A model generated the notes under the pieces. It was not told the DNA's origin and did no database searches. It saw nothing but the letters and a program-made list of their open reading frames with translations. Below, piece by piece: positions 1-10,479 of a stretch of 64,000 bases of DNA; position 1 is the stretch's first letter, and each line of letters starts with the position of its first letter. This DNA is from Heteronotia binoei (taxonomy: Eukaryota): positions 39,308,001-39,372,000 of the forward strand of contig NC_083229.1 of assembly GCF_032191835.1 (NCBI RefSeq), written 5' to 3'. The position numbers and the translations under genes were made by a program.

Positions 1-1228
1 CTTTCCAGTTAATTATACCATTGTCCTGAGGTTCCCAAAGCCAATTCATACATTATGCTACAATAAATCAGGATCTGCTTCTAGCAGATCAAAAATAACC
101 CTCAAACGTTTTCCAGATATGAGTTTCCAGCTCAAGCAGTTACATTATTAGGCACCTATCAGTCAAAACACACTGATAATTGGATATGAAATGGTCTACA
201 AAAGAAAGTTGCCAGAAAAAAACAAATGTTTGAACTTTTCTCCCATCAGAGTTTATCTGTGCTTGATGATACCTAAAAGTTCTGCAGCAAGATAGCCCTC
301 TTTTTGCCACTGTGAAACATTGCTGACTTTCCTATTCAAACCATGGGAAAGTGACCTGTTTTTAATAATAATATGCTGCCATGTGCCAAGAACTGAAAAG
401 CTGACCAAGCTTGCTTTGTCTTGAACCACTAAAATTCAGACTTGAACTCCTGTTCCAAATATTGAATATAGCCAAAAAGAAAACCAGCCTGTGAGTGGCT
501 TCCTCATTGGAAGAAAGCCTGCTGAAAGAGGTCAGTTGTAACTGTCTAGTGTAGGTAGGTGTAGGGTCCCAGGGCTTTGGATTCTCTCTCAAGATACTCA
601 GCTCCAAGGTCCACACTCAAGTCCAGCATATTGGGCAAAGTTCCTTTAGGAGAAGGTGAGGTAATTTCTCATGCAAATGAAGATTAAAATCTTCTGGAAG
701 TCAGTAAACTACAGCAAAATAAATAAACTCAGCCAACTTACTCAGACCTCAAAGACAGGGGAATGTCCTGCTTGCCCAAAAAGGTGTATGTGATTTAAAC
801 CCCACCCCACCGCTTGGCTTTATTGTAAGAGAAACAGTGCCCCTCCATCCATTCAGTCCAGCTGTTAATTAAGATGACTCAGCTGTGCAGCTCTAGCAAG
901 ATGAAAACCAGAATTCCTGCAACCACTTTCAAGGTCAGTCTGCCCCCCCCCCCCTGCCCTTATGCCTCCTTTAGTTTTTCAGGGTTGCTGTTTGGGGTCC
1001 GAACTGGTCTCTTCCTTACAGTAGGTTTGAGCTTCCACAGTCTGTAAACTGATTCAAAGCACAAAGTCACCAAGTTAGCTCTAAACTGACTCACATGTAA
1101 TCCATTGTGGCCCCTGATATTTCTCTTCATGTCCATTCTGGTCCCTGGCATCTACTAATAGACAAGGCTGCAGGATCACAAATGTTATTACTGGGAAAAT
1201 CAATATGAAGTATTACTTTATCCTAACA

Positions 1229-1510
1229 GAGAGCCAGTTTGGTGTAGTGGTTAAGTGTATTGACTCTTATCTGGGAGAACCGGTTTGATTCCCCACTCCT
1301 CTGCTTGCAGTTGCTGGAATGGCCTTGGGTCAACCATAGTTCTTGTAGCTGTTGTCCTTGAAAGGGTAGCTGCTGTAAGAGCTCTCTCAGCCCCACCTAC
1401 CTCACAGGGTGTCTGTTGCGGTGGTGGGGGGAGGTAAAGGAGATTATGACCGCTTTGAGACTCTGAGATTCAGAGTATAGGGCAGGATATAAATCCAATA
1501 TCATCATCTT
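1229..1510 (+). mobile_element. Squam3-like tRNA SINE
   Basis: 'gagagccagtttggtgtagtggttaag...ctcagccccacctacctcacagggtgtctgttg...gatataaatcc'. Confidence 0.8.
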
Positions 1511-1933
1511 CAATATCTTCTAAAATGAACACAATACTTGGTTTATAAAGGCTTTCAAATGTTCTAAAGCAGGGGTGGCCAACAGTAGCTCTCCAGATTC
1601 TAAAGTGTTTAATGGGGTTCAATCCTCACCTTGCAAAAGGGAGTCATTTGGCTCCAACCCATAAAGATACTACTATTCACCTGTTACCAAAATGGAGGGA
1701 AAGGGCCTGCTGTTGAAGGCTTTCACAGCCGGAAAATCTACAACTAAAGGGCCTGAGAAATTTAGTAGCCACCTAATGTGCTGAGGATTCAAACTAGGGC
1801 TTTCCTAATTCATAGTTTATTTGCTATTATATTAACAATTATTAACAGCACAGCACCCAGATCTCTTAAGTCTTAGGTAAAAACTGAGACCTCTCATGCT
1901 ACAAGATCAAATGAACCACACCTGAGATACTGG

Positions 1934-2051
1934 CAGGGCTTTTTTTTAGTAGAAATTAACAGAAACGCAGTTCAGACTTGCTTGGTATTAAAGGTGTGGC
2001 CTAATATGCAAATAAGTTCCTGCTGGGCTTTTTCTACAAAAAAAGGCCCTG
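1934..2051. mobile_element. Palindromic hAT-type MITE (CAGGGCTTTT family), internally deleted
   Basis: TIRs and 8-bp TSD gatactgg/gattctgg. Confidence 0.8.
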
Positions 2052-2644
2052 GATTCTGGCCTTCCATCTCTCACATTCAAATACTTTGAACCCAACAGAC
2101 TAAACAAATGGGAACTCTAATTAAAAGGGACCACCAAATCCACGAGCTGTGTGTGTGTGTGTGTGTGTTTGGGGTGGGAGGGAAACCAGCATCCTTAAAT
2201 GGCTTACAATCTCAGACACTATAACATTCTGGAACTGTCAAGTCTGAAGAGAATTATGGTGCTGTCACGACAAAGATACTCCCATTCAGTTTGCCTCAGG
2301 AGCAACTCTCAAGGTCTCCTTTGGTCTACAAAGATTAATAGACTACACTGTAAATGGCCTGTGCAAATTTACAACTCTGTTAACAGGAGGAAATAGAATT
2401 TCCCAACCTGAGCATATATATATATCATACATTTTTGCTTACTCTAGCTGCCAGGTGAAAAAAAATTCCCAATATAGCCTTTTGCTTGAGGCACCTCAAA
2501 AAAACTCTGACCTAACAGATTCCTCTCACCCCTCAGTTTTAGCTTCACACACTGAACTGTTGGCAGAGTAATTAATACAGCAATAATGCACAACTTGATT
2601 CAAGAGTAGGTAAAAGTTTATTTACAAATTAACATGCTGGACAG

Positions 2645-2959
2645 CAGGGGTGGCCAAACTGTGGCTCAGGAGCTACATGAAGCTCTCTCACACATCTGGT
2701 GTGACTCTTGAAGCCTTCACTGCCCTGTCACCAGGTGTGGAGAAAGCCTTGGTCTCTTTAAAGCACTTCTCCAAGCCAAGCCAGCCAGTGGCTTGAAGAA
2801 TGCATTTAAAGTTAAAGTTGCTTTCTTTCCACCACTCTCTCCATGCCCCATCTTCCTTCCTTCCTACTCTCAAGAATCTGATATTCATGTCTTGCAGCTC
2901 TCAAGCATCTGACATTTATTCTATTTGGCTCTTATGTTAAGCAAGTTTGACCACCCCTG
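2645..2959. mobile_element. hAT-type MITE (CAGGGGTGGCCAAAC...)
   Basis: TIRs caggggtggccaaac / gtttgaccacccctg; TSD weak. Confidence 0.7.
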
Positions 2960-3013
2960 CTTGGTAGTAAAGAGGAGAGGCAGAGATCAGTTCCTAACTA
3001 TATCTCTAGCGTA

Positions 3014-3511
3014 TAGGGTTGTCAAGTCCAATTCAAGAAATATCTGGGGACTTTGGGGGTGGAGCCAGGAGACATTGGGGTGGAGTCAGGAGCCAGGTTG
3101 TGACCAGCATAATTGAACTCTGAAAGGAGTTCTGACAATCACATTTAAAGGGACTTGCTCCTTTTAAATGCCTTCCTTCCATGGGAAATAATGGAGGATA
3201 GGGGCACCTTGTTTTGGGGCTCATAGAATTGGACCCCCTAGTCCACTCTTTTTGAAACTTGGAGGGTGTTTTGAGGAGAGGCACTGGATGTTATGCTGAA
3301 AATTTGGTGGTTCTATCTCAAAAAACAGGCCCCCCAGATACCCACAGATCAATTATCCATTATACCCTATGGGAATCAGTCTCCATAGGGAATAATGGAG
3401 TGCCCAGCAGACATTTTTCTCCCTCCCCAATGCTTTCTGATGACCCTGAAGCAGGGGGAGGGCCTCCAAACTGGGGAATCCCCTGCCCCCACCTGGGGAT
3501 TGGCAACCCTA
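3014..3511. mobile_element. hAT-type MITE (TAGGGTTG...GGCAACCCTA)
   Basis: Terminal inverted repeats and 8-bp TSD ctagcgta/ctagcgga. Confidence 0.88.
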
Positions 3512-4874
3512 CTAGCGGAGAGAGTGGGTAAGAATAAATGTGATGTGTGAAACTCTGAGGAGGAAATTGCCCTGAGAGTAGCCATCTGGAAACAGACAAG
3601 GAATTACACTTACCAGGAGAGAGAAGGTGCTGACCTCACTATCCTATCGAATTGTCTTCTTGCTGCCCCCCTTCAAGGTCTTCTTCTCTTCTTCTTTGTA
3701 CACCAGACATATGTCTTTTTCAAAATGAACTATATCCCTGAGCCTCAAACACAGGGCTGCTTAAGCACCTTGATATCAAAAAACTAAAAAAAAAAATCAA
3801 GGCTTCTCTTTGAGCTCATATATTTAGTACCAGCCCTGATTTGAACAGCAGCATGGTACAAGTCCTGTTCACAAGTTACAGTAAACACACATACAATCTA
3901 TGTAGTGTATACTTAATTTTTCTTTATATGTGCATTGAATAATTCTTATATTTAATGTATGTACAGCTTAACATGTGTTTGAAATCTCACATTTAGCCAG
4001 ATGCTGGTCCCTGGTTTTCTGTATAAAGTTAACGTGTATTGGCTATTTCTTACAAACAGGTGTACACATGTACATACAAGATGAATATGCATTCATGGTA
4101 ACATGTGAACAGGACAAGGATATGGGATACCCAGATCTAACCCCACTCCCCCCCACCCCGTTATGCCAAGGAAGCACATTGGGTGCACTTAGGTTAGGCT
4201 GAGAAAGAGCAATTGGCTCATCTCACAGGATGGATGTTGTGAGGATAACACAGGAGAATGATGGGTTTTGGGAACCCATTGGGGAGAAAAAAGTAGAAAA
4301 AAATAGCTGAAATAACTAGCAGGGGGTTACAAGACCTATTACAGGATTTAGTATATGTGCTGCTGAAGCAAGCATTATTACAGGATTTGATATTGAACTG
4401 ACATATATCTAAATCATTAATAGGACTGAAATCTATTATCTTCCCTGCCACCTCCAGCCAGAATAGCAATTCACAGAACCTCCTTCCCTCACCAAAATAC
4501 CAGACCCCGATGCCTGCTAAAGAAGTGGCTACATCATGTGCAGTTCTGGTTTTCTAAACCATAGAAGGAAGCTGCCCCCATCAAACTGCAAGCAAAATTA
4601 ACTTTTTTGGGGGGGGAGGGGGTTGTACTTTCTATGTGCATGAATGCCTGGAAGTCATGGCAACTGGTGGTGACCCCTACTGGGACATGGAGGATGTTCA
4701 GAGAAGTGGCTTGATACAGCTTTCTTCTGCTTCCCACTCCAGGTATCCCATCCAAGTATTTCCAAGGGTCGGTCCTGCTTAGTTTCTGATATTGGATGAG
4801 ACTGGGCTTGCCTGGACTATCCAGGTCAGGGTTGACTAAATTAACTTTGATCAAAATGATACAGCTTTACAAGA

Positions 4875-6165
4875 TAGGGTTGCCAGGTCCAATTCAAGAG
4901 ATATCTGGAGACTTTGTGGGTGGAGCCAGGAGTCATTGGGATGGAGCTAGGAGCAAGGTTATGACAAGTATAAGTGAACTCCAAAGGAGTTCTGGCCATC
5001 ACATTTAAAGAGACCACACACCTTTTAAATGCCTTCCCTCCATTGGAAATAATGGATAGGGGCTCATCGAATTGGATCCCCTGGTCCAATCTTTTTGAAA
5101 CTTGGAGGGTCTTTTGATGAAAGGCGTTGAATGTTATGCTGCAAATTTGGTGCCTCTATCTAAAAAAAGTAGCCCCCCGCCCCCGAGCCCCAGATTGCCA
5201 CAGATCAATTCTCCATAGGAAATAATGGCGTGCCCAGCAGACATTTCCCATCCTCTCCCCCCCCACTTTCTGATGACTCTGAAGTGGGGGAGGGCCTTCA
5301 AACTAGGGGATCCCCTGCCCCCACCTGGGGATTAGAGTAACACAAAGAGTAACATGGAAAAGCGAAGCAGGAACAAAGCCCGAAGGCATTCACGAAAAAC
5401 CAGCCTCTAATTATGAAAAACTTTATACAAAGTACTTGCTACAAAAACAACAATACTTCTAATAAATACAATTACAAAATACCTCGGAACCAAAGTCCTT
5501 CCGTTCAATGCCAAAGTTCATTAGTTGTATAGTGGAAGTCCGGGGAAATCCTTGACAAGCCATGAAATAGGCGTCCAATGCTTCGACAGTCCTTTCGACA
5601 AGGAAGGTGTGTAGATGAAAGGCAGCACAACGCTATTTCGCATAGGTAGCACAGCACAATTTCGCAAGAGGGAAGCACATATAGCCCTGTTTCACCTGTG
5701 GCTTTAACAAGCTTCGCTGATCTTGAATAATTCATACATTGCAATAGCTGAACTTTTTTTTCTTCTGCAGATTAGAACAATTCTAGAACGAATAAAAAGT
5801 TCAGCTTGTTAAAGCCTCAGGTGAAACAGGGCTATATGCTCTTCCCTGTTGCGAAATTGTGCTGTGCTACCTATGCGAAATAGTGTTGTGCTGCCTTTCA
5901 TCTACACACCTTCCTTGTTGAAAGGACTATCGAAGCGTTGGACTCCTACTTCACGGCTTGTCAAGGATTTCCCCGGACTTTCACTATACAACTAATGAAC
6001 TTTGGCACTGAACGGAAGGACTTTGGTTCCGGGGTATTTTGTAATTGTATTTATTAGAAGTGTTGTTTTTGTAGTAAGTACTTTGTATAAAGTTTTTCAT
6101 AATTCGAGGCAGGTTTTTCGTGGATGCCTTCGGGGTTTGTTCCTGCCCCACCTGGGGATTGGCAA
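4875..6165. mobile_element. Second copy of the TAGGGTTGCC MITE, interrupted near its right end by a fold-back insertion (5334-6146)
   Basis: 4875-5333 aligns with 3014-3500; the MITE end resumes at 6147 (cccacctggggattggcaa). Confidence 0.8.
5334..6146. repeat. Long fold-back inverted repeat (arms ~5367-5758 and ~5794-6146)
   Basis: Arms are reverse complements, about 95% identical by eye over the first 155 bp; flanked by a 14-bp direct repeat. Confidence 0.9.
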
Positions 6166-6374
6166 TGTAGTCTATTCAGAAGTCATTTTATTCAATGGCA
6201 TTTGTTCTTATGAACCACAAGACCAGCTCCAGTAAATGCAGCACATGTGCTCTGGTGGCAGGATATTGTTAGTAGGCAAGTTATGTCAATCAGAAGTAGC
6301 AATGCAAACCAGTTTTATCCTAGACAGAGGATGTTATATTCACATTCCAGTACTAATATTAGGGTATTCATTAG

Positions 6375-6551
6375 CAGGGCTTTTTTTGTAGCAGGAACTC
6401 CTTTGCATCTTAGGCCACACCTCCTGATGTAGCTAATTCTCCTGGAGCTTACAATAGACCCTGTAAGAAGAGCCCTGTAAGTTCTTGGAGGATTGGCTAA
6501 ATCATGTGTAGCCTAATATGCAAATGAGTTCCTGCTACAAAAAAAGCGCTG
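6375..6551. mobile_element. Palindromic hAT-type MITE (CAGGGCTTTT family)
   Basis: Near-perfect palindrome; perfect 8-bp TSD ttcattag. Confidence 0.9.
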
Positions 6552-6914
6552 TTCATTAGCAATCCAGACCCTTGCCAAAGCTCAGAAGCACTTGGTTGCC
6601 AGGACAGCCTCAATTACTGACACAAATATCTGTTAGCATGACAAGCATACTGTGCTCCTATGAGCCAGGACTGGCTTATCCCATTAGTCGACCTGGGAGC
6701 TACAGTAATAGTATGTAGGCAGAGACAAAAGTGCCACACTCAAGGAAATGGCAGTCCACTCTATAAGAACAAATAGAAAGCTCTTCTCATGCTGTCCACA
6801 CAGCTGCCTTCCTTTTTCCTAACCATCCTGTCACAGACACCCATTGAAGGACAAGGCAAAAAAGAAGGCAATAGAAAGTTATCCAGCTCTTATTTAATGT
6901 ACATAGAAGCAAAG

Positions 6915-7375
6915 AGATCCAGGTAGGCAACCGTGTTGGTCTGAAGCAGTAGAACAAAGTAGAAGTCAAGTATCACCTTTAAGACAAACAAAGTTTTATT
7001 CAGAATGTAAACTTTCATGTGTATGCGTATTAAACTGCATGGAATGGAACTCCATCAGCCTTACAAGCTCTGCTCACTGTACCGGATTCCTTGTCTGAAG
7101 AAGTGTGCATGCACACAAAAGCTTACATTCTGAATAAGACTTTGTTTGTCTTAAAGGCGCTGCTTGACTCCTGCTTTGTTCTACTGCTTTAGACCAACAT
7201 GGCTGCCTACCTGGATCTATCTACATGGAATGCACCACATTAAGCCACATGGAATGGAAATCCATCATCTTTACAGGCTCTGCTCACTGTACCTGATTCG
7301 TCTGAAGTGTGCATGCACACAAAAGCTTACATTCTGAATAAAACGTCATTAGTTTTAAAAGTGCTACTTCACTCG
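6915..7375. mobile_element. Penelope-like non-autonomous repeat: one inverted plus two direct units with decayed hammerhead motifs
   Basis: CTGAAGAAGTGTGCATGCACAC[A]AAAGCTTAC at 7095-7126, second copy at 7302; inverted copy 6915-7030. Confidence 0.75.
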
Positions 7376-7937
7376 TACATAGAAGTAGTTACCCTTTCAG
7401 CTCTTTTTGACTACTTTGTCAACTGCATTCTGCAAATAAAGCAATGTATGGCTTTTCTGGTTGACAGAGTCCACAATCCACATGATAAAGAGCTTTGAAG
7501 CTGTTACTGTACTGGAGGCAACTTCCAAAGCTGAAATCCAACAATGCAACCATTAGAAAACCTTGCCTATTGTTTGCACAGAACTATACCTTGGCATTTA
7601 GAACCAGTAAACTCTGTAAAAGTCCTGACTCTTGAGACCCCAAATAAGGTATTATTTTTCCTATGGGGACACCTTGTGGCCAGTTTCTAGATTTTCAGTA
7701 TTGAATATTATTTGCAACTGGACTTAAATGTGCCATCATCTGCTATGAAACAACTTGCAACACACAGTTTAAGATGTCACAATCTATAGGACCAAATTGT
7801 GTTGTCCAAGGAACAAGTGTATCATGTCAGCATTAGCACAGGGGGTAACAAACTATGTGTAAAGTAACCTAGATAGAACATCAATTCTTTCTACAAAAAT
7901 ATATTAGAATACCTAATTGTGCTAACAAATTTACAAA

Positions 7938-8190
7938 GAGAGCCAGTTTAGTGTTGTGGTTAAGTGCACAGATTCTTTTCTGGGAGAACCAGGTTTGATT
8001 CCCCACTCCTCCACTTGCAGCTGTTGGAATGGCCTTGGGTCAGCCATAGCTCTGAGTTGTCCTTGAAAGGACAGCTGCTGTGAGAACTCTCTCAGCCCCA
8101 CCTACCTCACCAGGTGTTTGTTGTGGAGGAGGAAGGTAGAGATTGTGAGCCAATCTGAGATTCAGAGTGAAGGGTGGGATACAAATCTAA
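7938..8190 (+). mobile_element. Squam3-like tRNA SINE
   Basis: Same family as 1229-1510. Confidence 0.8.
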
Positions 8191-8789
8191 TTTCTTTCTC
8201 CTCTAATTATAGGCTGCACGTAGTTATAGGCTGCAGATAATGAATTTCTCCTTACTTCCTTTTGTACCGCCTCCACTTCCAAGGGTCAAGGAACCTTTTG
8301 AACAACATGGAAGAAGGTGGTGAATCAATCCCAAGTATTGCACAAGCTATTGCTCACTTTGTGGAAACACTCATGTACACCCACACAAGACTTCTGCCAA
8401 TTCCCCCTCAATCCTCAGCCACCTGAACTGCACCCAAAGGAGCACAGGACCATCAGAAGCAGCTTTTCACAGGGGAATGTGAAGGACCATTCCATGAATT
8501 CATTCCATTCACAGGTCTTTGGATCCATCGGTAGTCTTTGGAGGGGACTACTCACATGCAGCTGCCTTATACTGAATCAGACCCTTGGTCCACCAATGTC
8601 TGTATTTTCTACTCAGCCTGGAAGCAGCTCTCCTACATTTCAGGCTGAGATCTTTTACATCACCTGGCTGTTCATATGACTTCACTTCATTTAATTATAA
8701 GGCAGCATCTTTAAATTTATATTTTGTCTTGCCCTGCATCTCTTACATTGGAAGATCATTCCAGAGAGTAGCCATATTTGGTCTGGAGA

Positions 8790-8880
8790 AGAACTAGATC
8801 TGAGTCTAGTAGCACCTTAGAGACCAACAAGGTTTTTGGTATGAACTACTGAGAGTCAAAAAGCTCCCTTGTCAGATTAG
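8790..8880 (-). mobile_element. Penelope-type repeat, second subfamily
   Basis: Minus strand reads ctgacaagggagctttttgactctcagtagttcatacc...ttgttggtctctaaggtgctactagactc. Confidence 0.65.
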
Positions 8881-9092
8881 AGTCAGCCACTTGGACTTGT
8901 AAGAATGAACTAAAAAAGTCACTCAGGACGTGGGCAATTCATTTCCTTTGTGCAGGAGTCAATAACCTTAATCCCAACACATCTTGTTGGTTACCACTTA
9001 CCTTGTCACAGCAGGCAGCAAAGGTCCTCTTCGAACACATCGTTAGGAGAATTCAAAAACATACATCACATTAATTTTATATTGGGATGAAG

Positions 9093-9098
9093 TTTATT
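9093..9098 (-). terminator. Candidate POP1 polyadenylation signal AATAAA
   Basis: First AATAAA noticed on the minus strand downstream of the stop (~735 nt away). Inferred, not confirmed. Confidence 0.45.
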
Positions 9099-9830
9099 GC
9101 CTTCTGATACTATGTACAGGTGTTGATTGGAGTAGTATCACACACCCATTTGCAGAAGTCATATAATTTCACATTCCCATCATATTGCATGGCTTAAAAG
9201 TACAAGCCAACCAAGTTTTACCCACAATAATGAAGACTGTTCTGCAAAGCAGAACACAATGGAAGTTATGTTCAGAAAAACAAGGGCCAACCCTTATAAC
9301 AATTGGCATGAGTAAGTTCAGACAAAATGCACTTTTTCTGAATAGGAATGGGGAAGACTGTATGTGTACCGTTTTGTACATAGCTTGGTCATAAAAAGCA
9401 GCCGATTCAAACAGCCTGTTTTGTAAATGCACAGGCTCAGCAAACCAGTATGCCTCACCGATATGTAGGAGTGATAAAAAGAGCTAATTTTTGTGTGAAA
9501 TGGTGATTTCAGCTGCACAAAAAAATGGGAAAGCAGCTCCTTCATTGAGGCAAAACATTTATATAACAAAATGAAAGCTTGTAACACAAAGGTTGGCTGC
9601 TTGTTTTTATAAAAATATTATATGCACATTCAAAAAAATTCTAAGCAACAAAGCTTTTACTTTGACATGAGTTTTCAGTCCACTATAACATCTGTTTCAA
9701 ATTGCATATTGACAAAAGTGAGGTACACTTTTTTTGGGGGGGGGGGGTGGGAAAGAATAATTGCATCTAGATGAAGAAGCCATACACTTTCACAGAAAGG
9801 CTTCCTCAGAAGCAGCGAGTTCCAACCACA

Positions 9831-10479
9831 TTATACTTCAACAATAAGTCTAGCAAATCTATACTGAAGTGATGCTGGATTCCTTAACAAAACAAGCCCT
9901 CTTTGGTCTTCTGGCTGATTCAGCAGCATCCTCAGTAGGCCTGTCAGGCTAACAAATCCTAGCGCTTCCCCACAGCCAAAGGCCAACGAGAAGTCTCCTT
10001 GAGCAACAAACCCCAAGAGAACTCTGGAACAGTGGGATGTCACATCTGGCAGTGGCTCAGGCCATAAGCCCAGAGTTAGATCTTCTTGCTTGGTTACATT
10101 CGTGGCACTAGATGTAATATTCTGGGCTGCCTTCCCAATCTTCTCCCTCTTTTTTGTTTCCTTTTGTTTTAAAACCATTTTCTTGAAGACATCGCTGTGT
10201 TTAGGTTCCTGGGGACCAAAGAAGTTCTTGTCTTTGCTTAGCTGAAGCAAATCTTCTTTTGAGGGGATGCAGATCATGGTGTGCAGTTCAGGGCTACCTC
10301 TTTTAAGAAGGATCAAGCAGACCCAGACTAGTGCCCTAGGATAGCAATGAACAACAGGCAAGAGGGCATCTTCAGTCAATTCCTGTTGATCCAACTTGGA
10401 AACACGGTGCCGGATATTTTGAGTTTTGACATGCGCAGGCCGACACCAGGCCGATATCCGCCGTAATAGTTTCCTGTTC
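9831..10479 (-). CDS. POP1: POP1 last exon, coding part (649 nt to TAA)
   Basis: tttcaatag| [13 protein letters not shown]...[26 protein letters not shown]...RLIVEV*. Confidence 0.97.

Noticed and set aside
5690-5830. Hammerhead ribozyme in the fold-back element (…gtgaaacaggg…)
   Set aside because: GAAAC is present, but no CUGANGA core with a compatible stem could be assembled by eye.
6915-7375. CRISPR-like or prokaryotic repeat interpretation of recurring short motifs
   Set aside because: Eukaryotic intron/exon context; the repeats are dispersed transposon copies without regular unique spacers.
1-9000. Expected NIPAL2 terminal exons (synteny neighbour of POP1)
   Set aside because: No NIPAL2-like translation found on the plus strand; the gene probably lies left of the window. 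The 84-aa ORF at 362-616 is unrecognisable.
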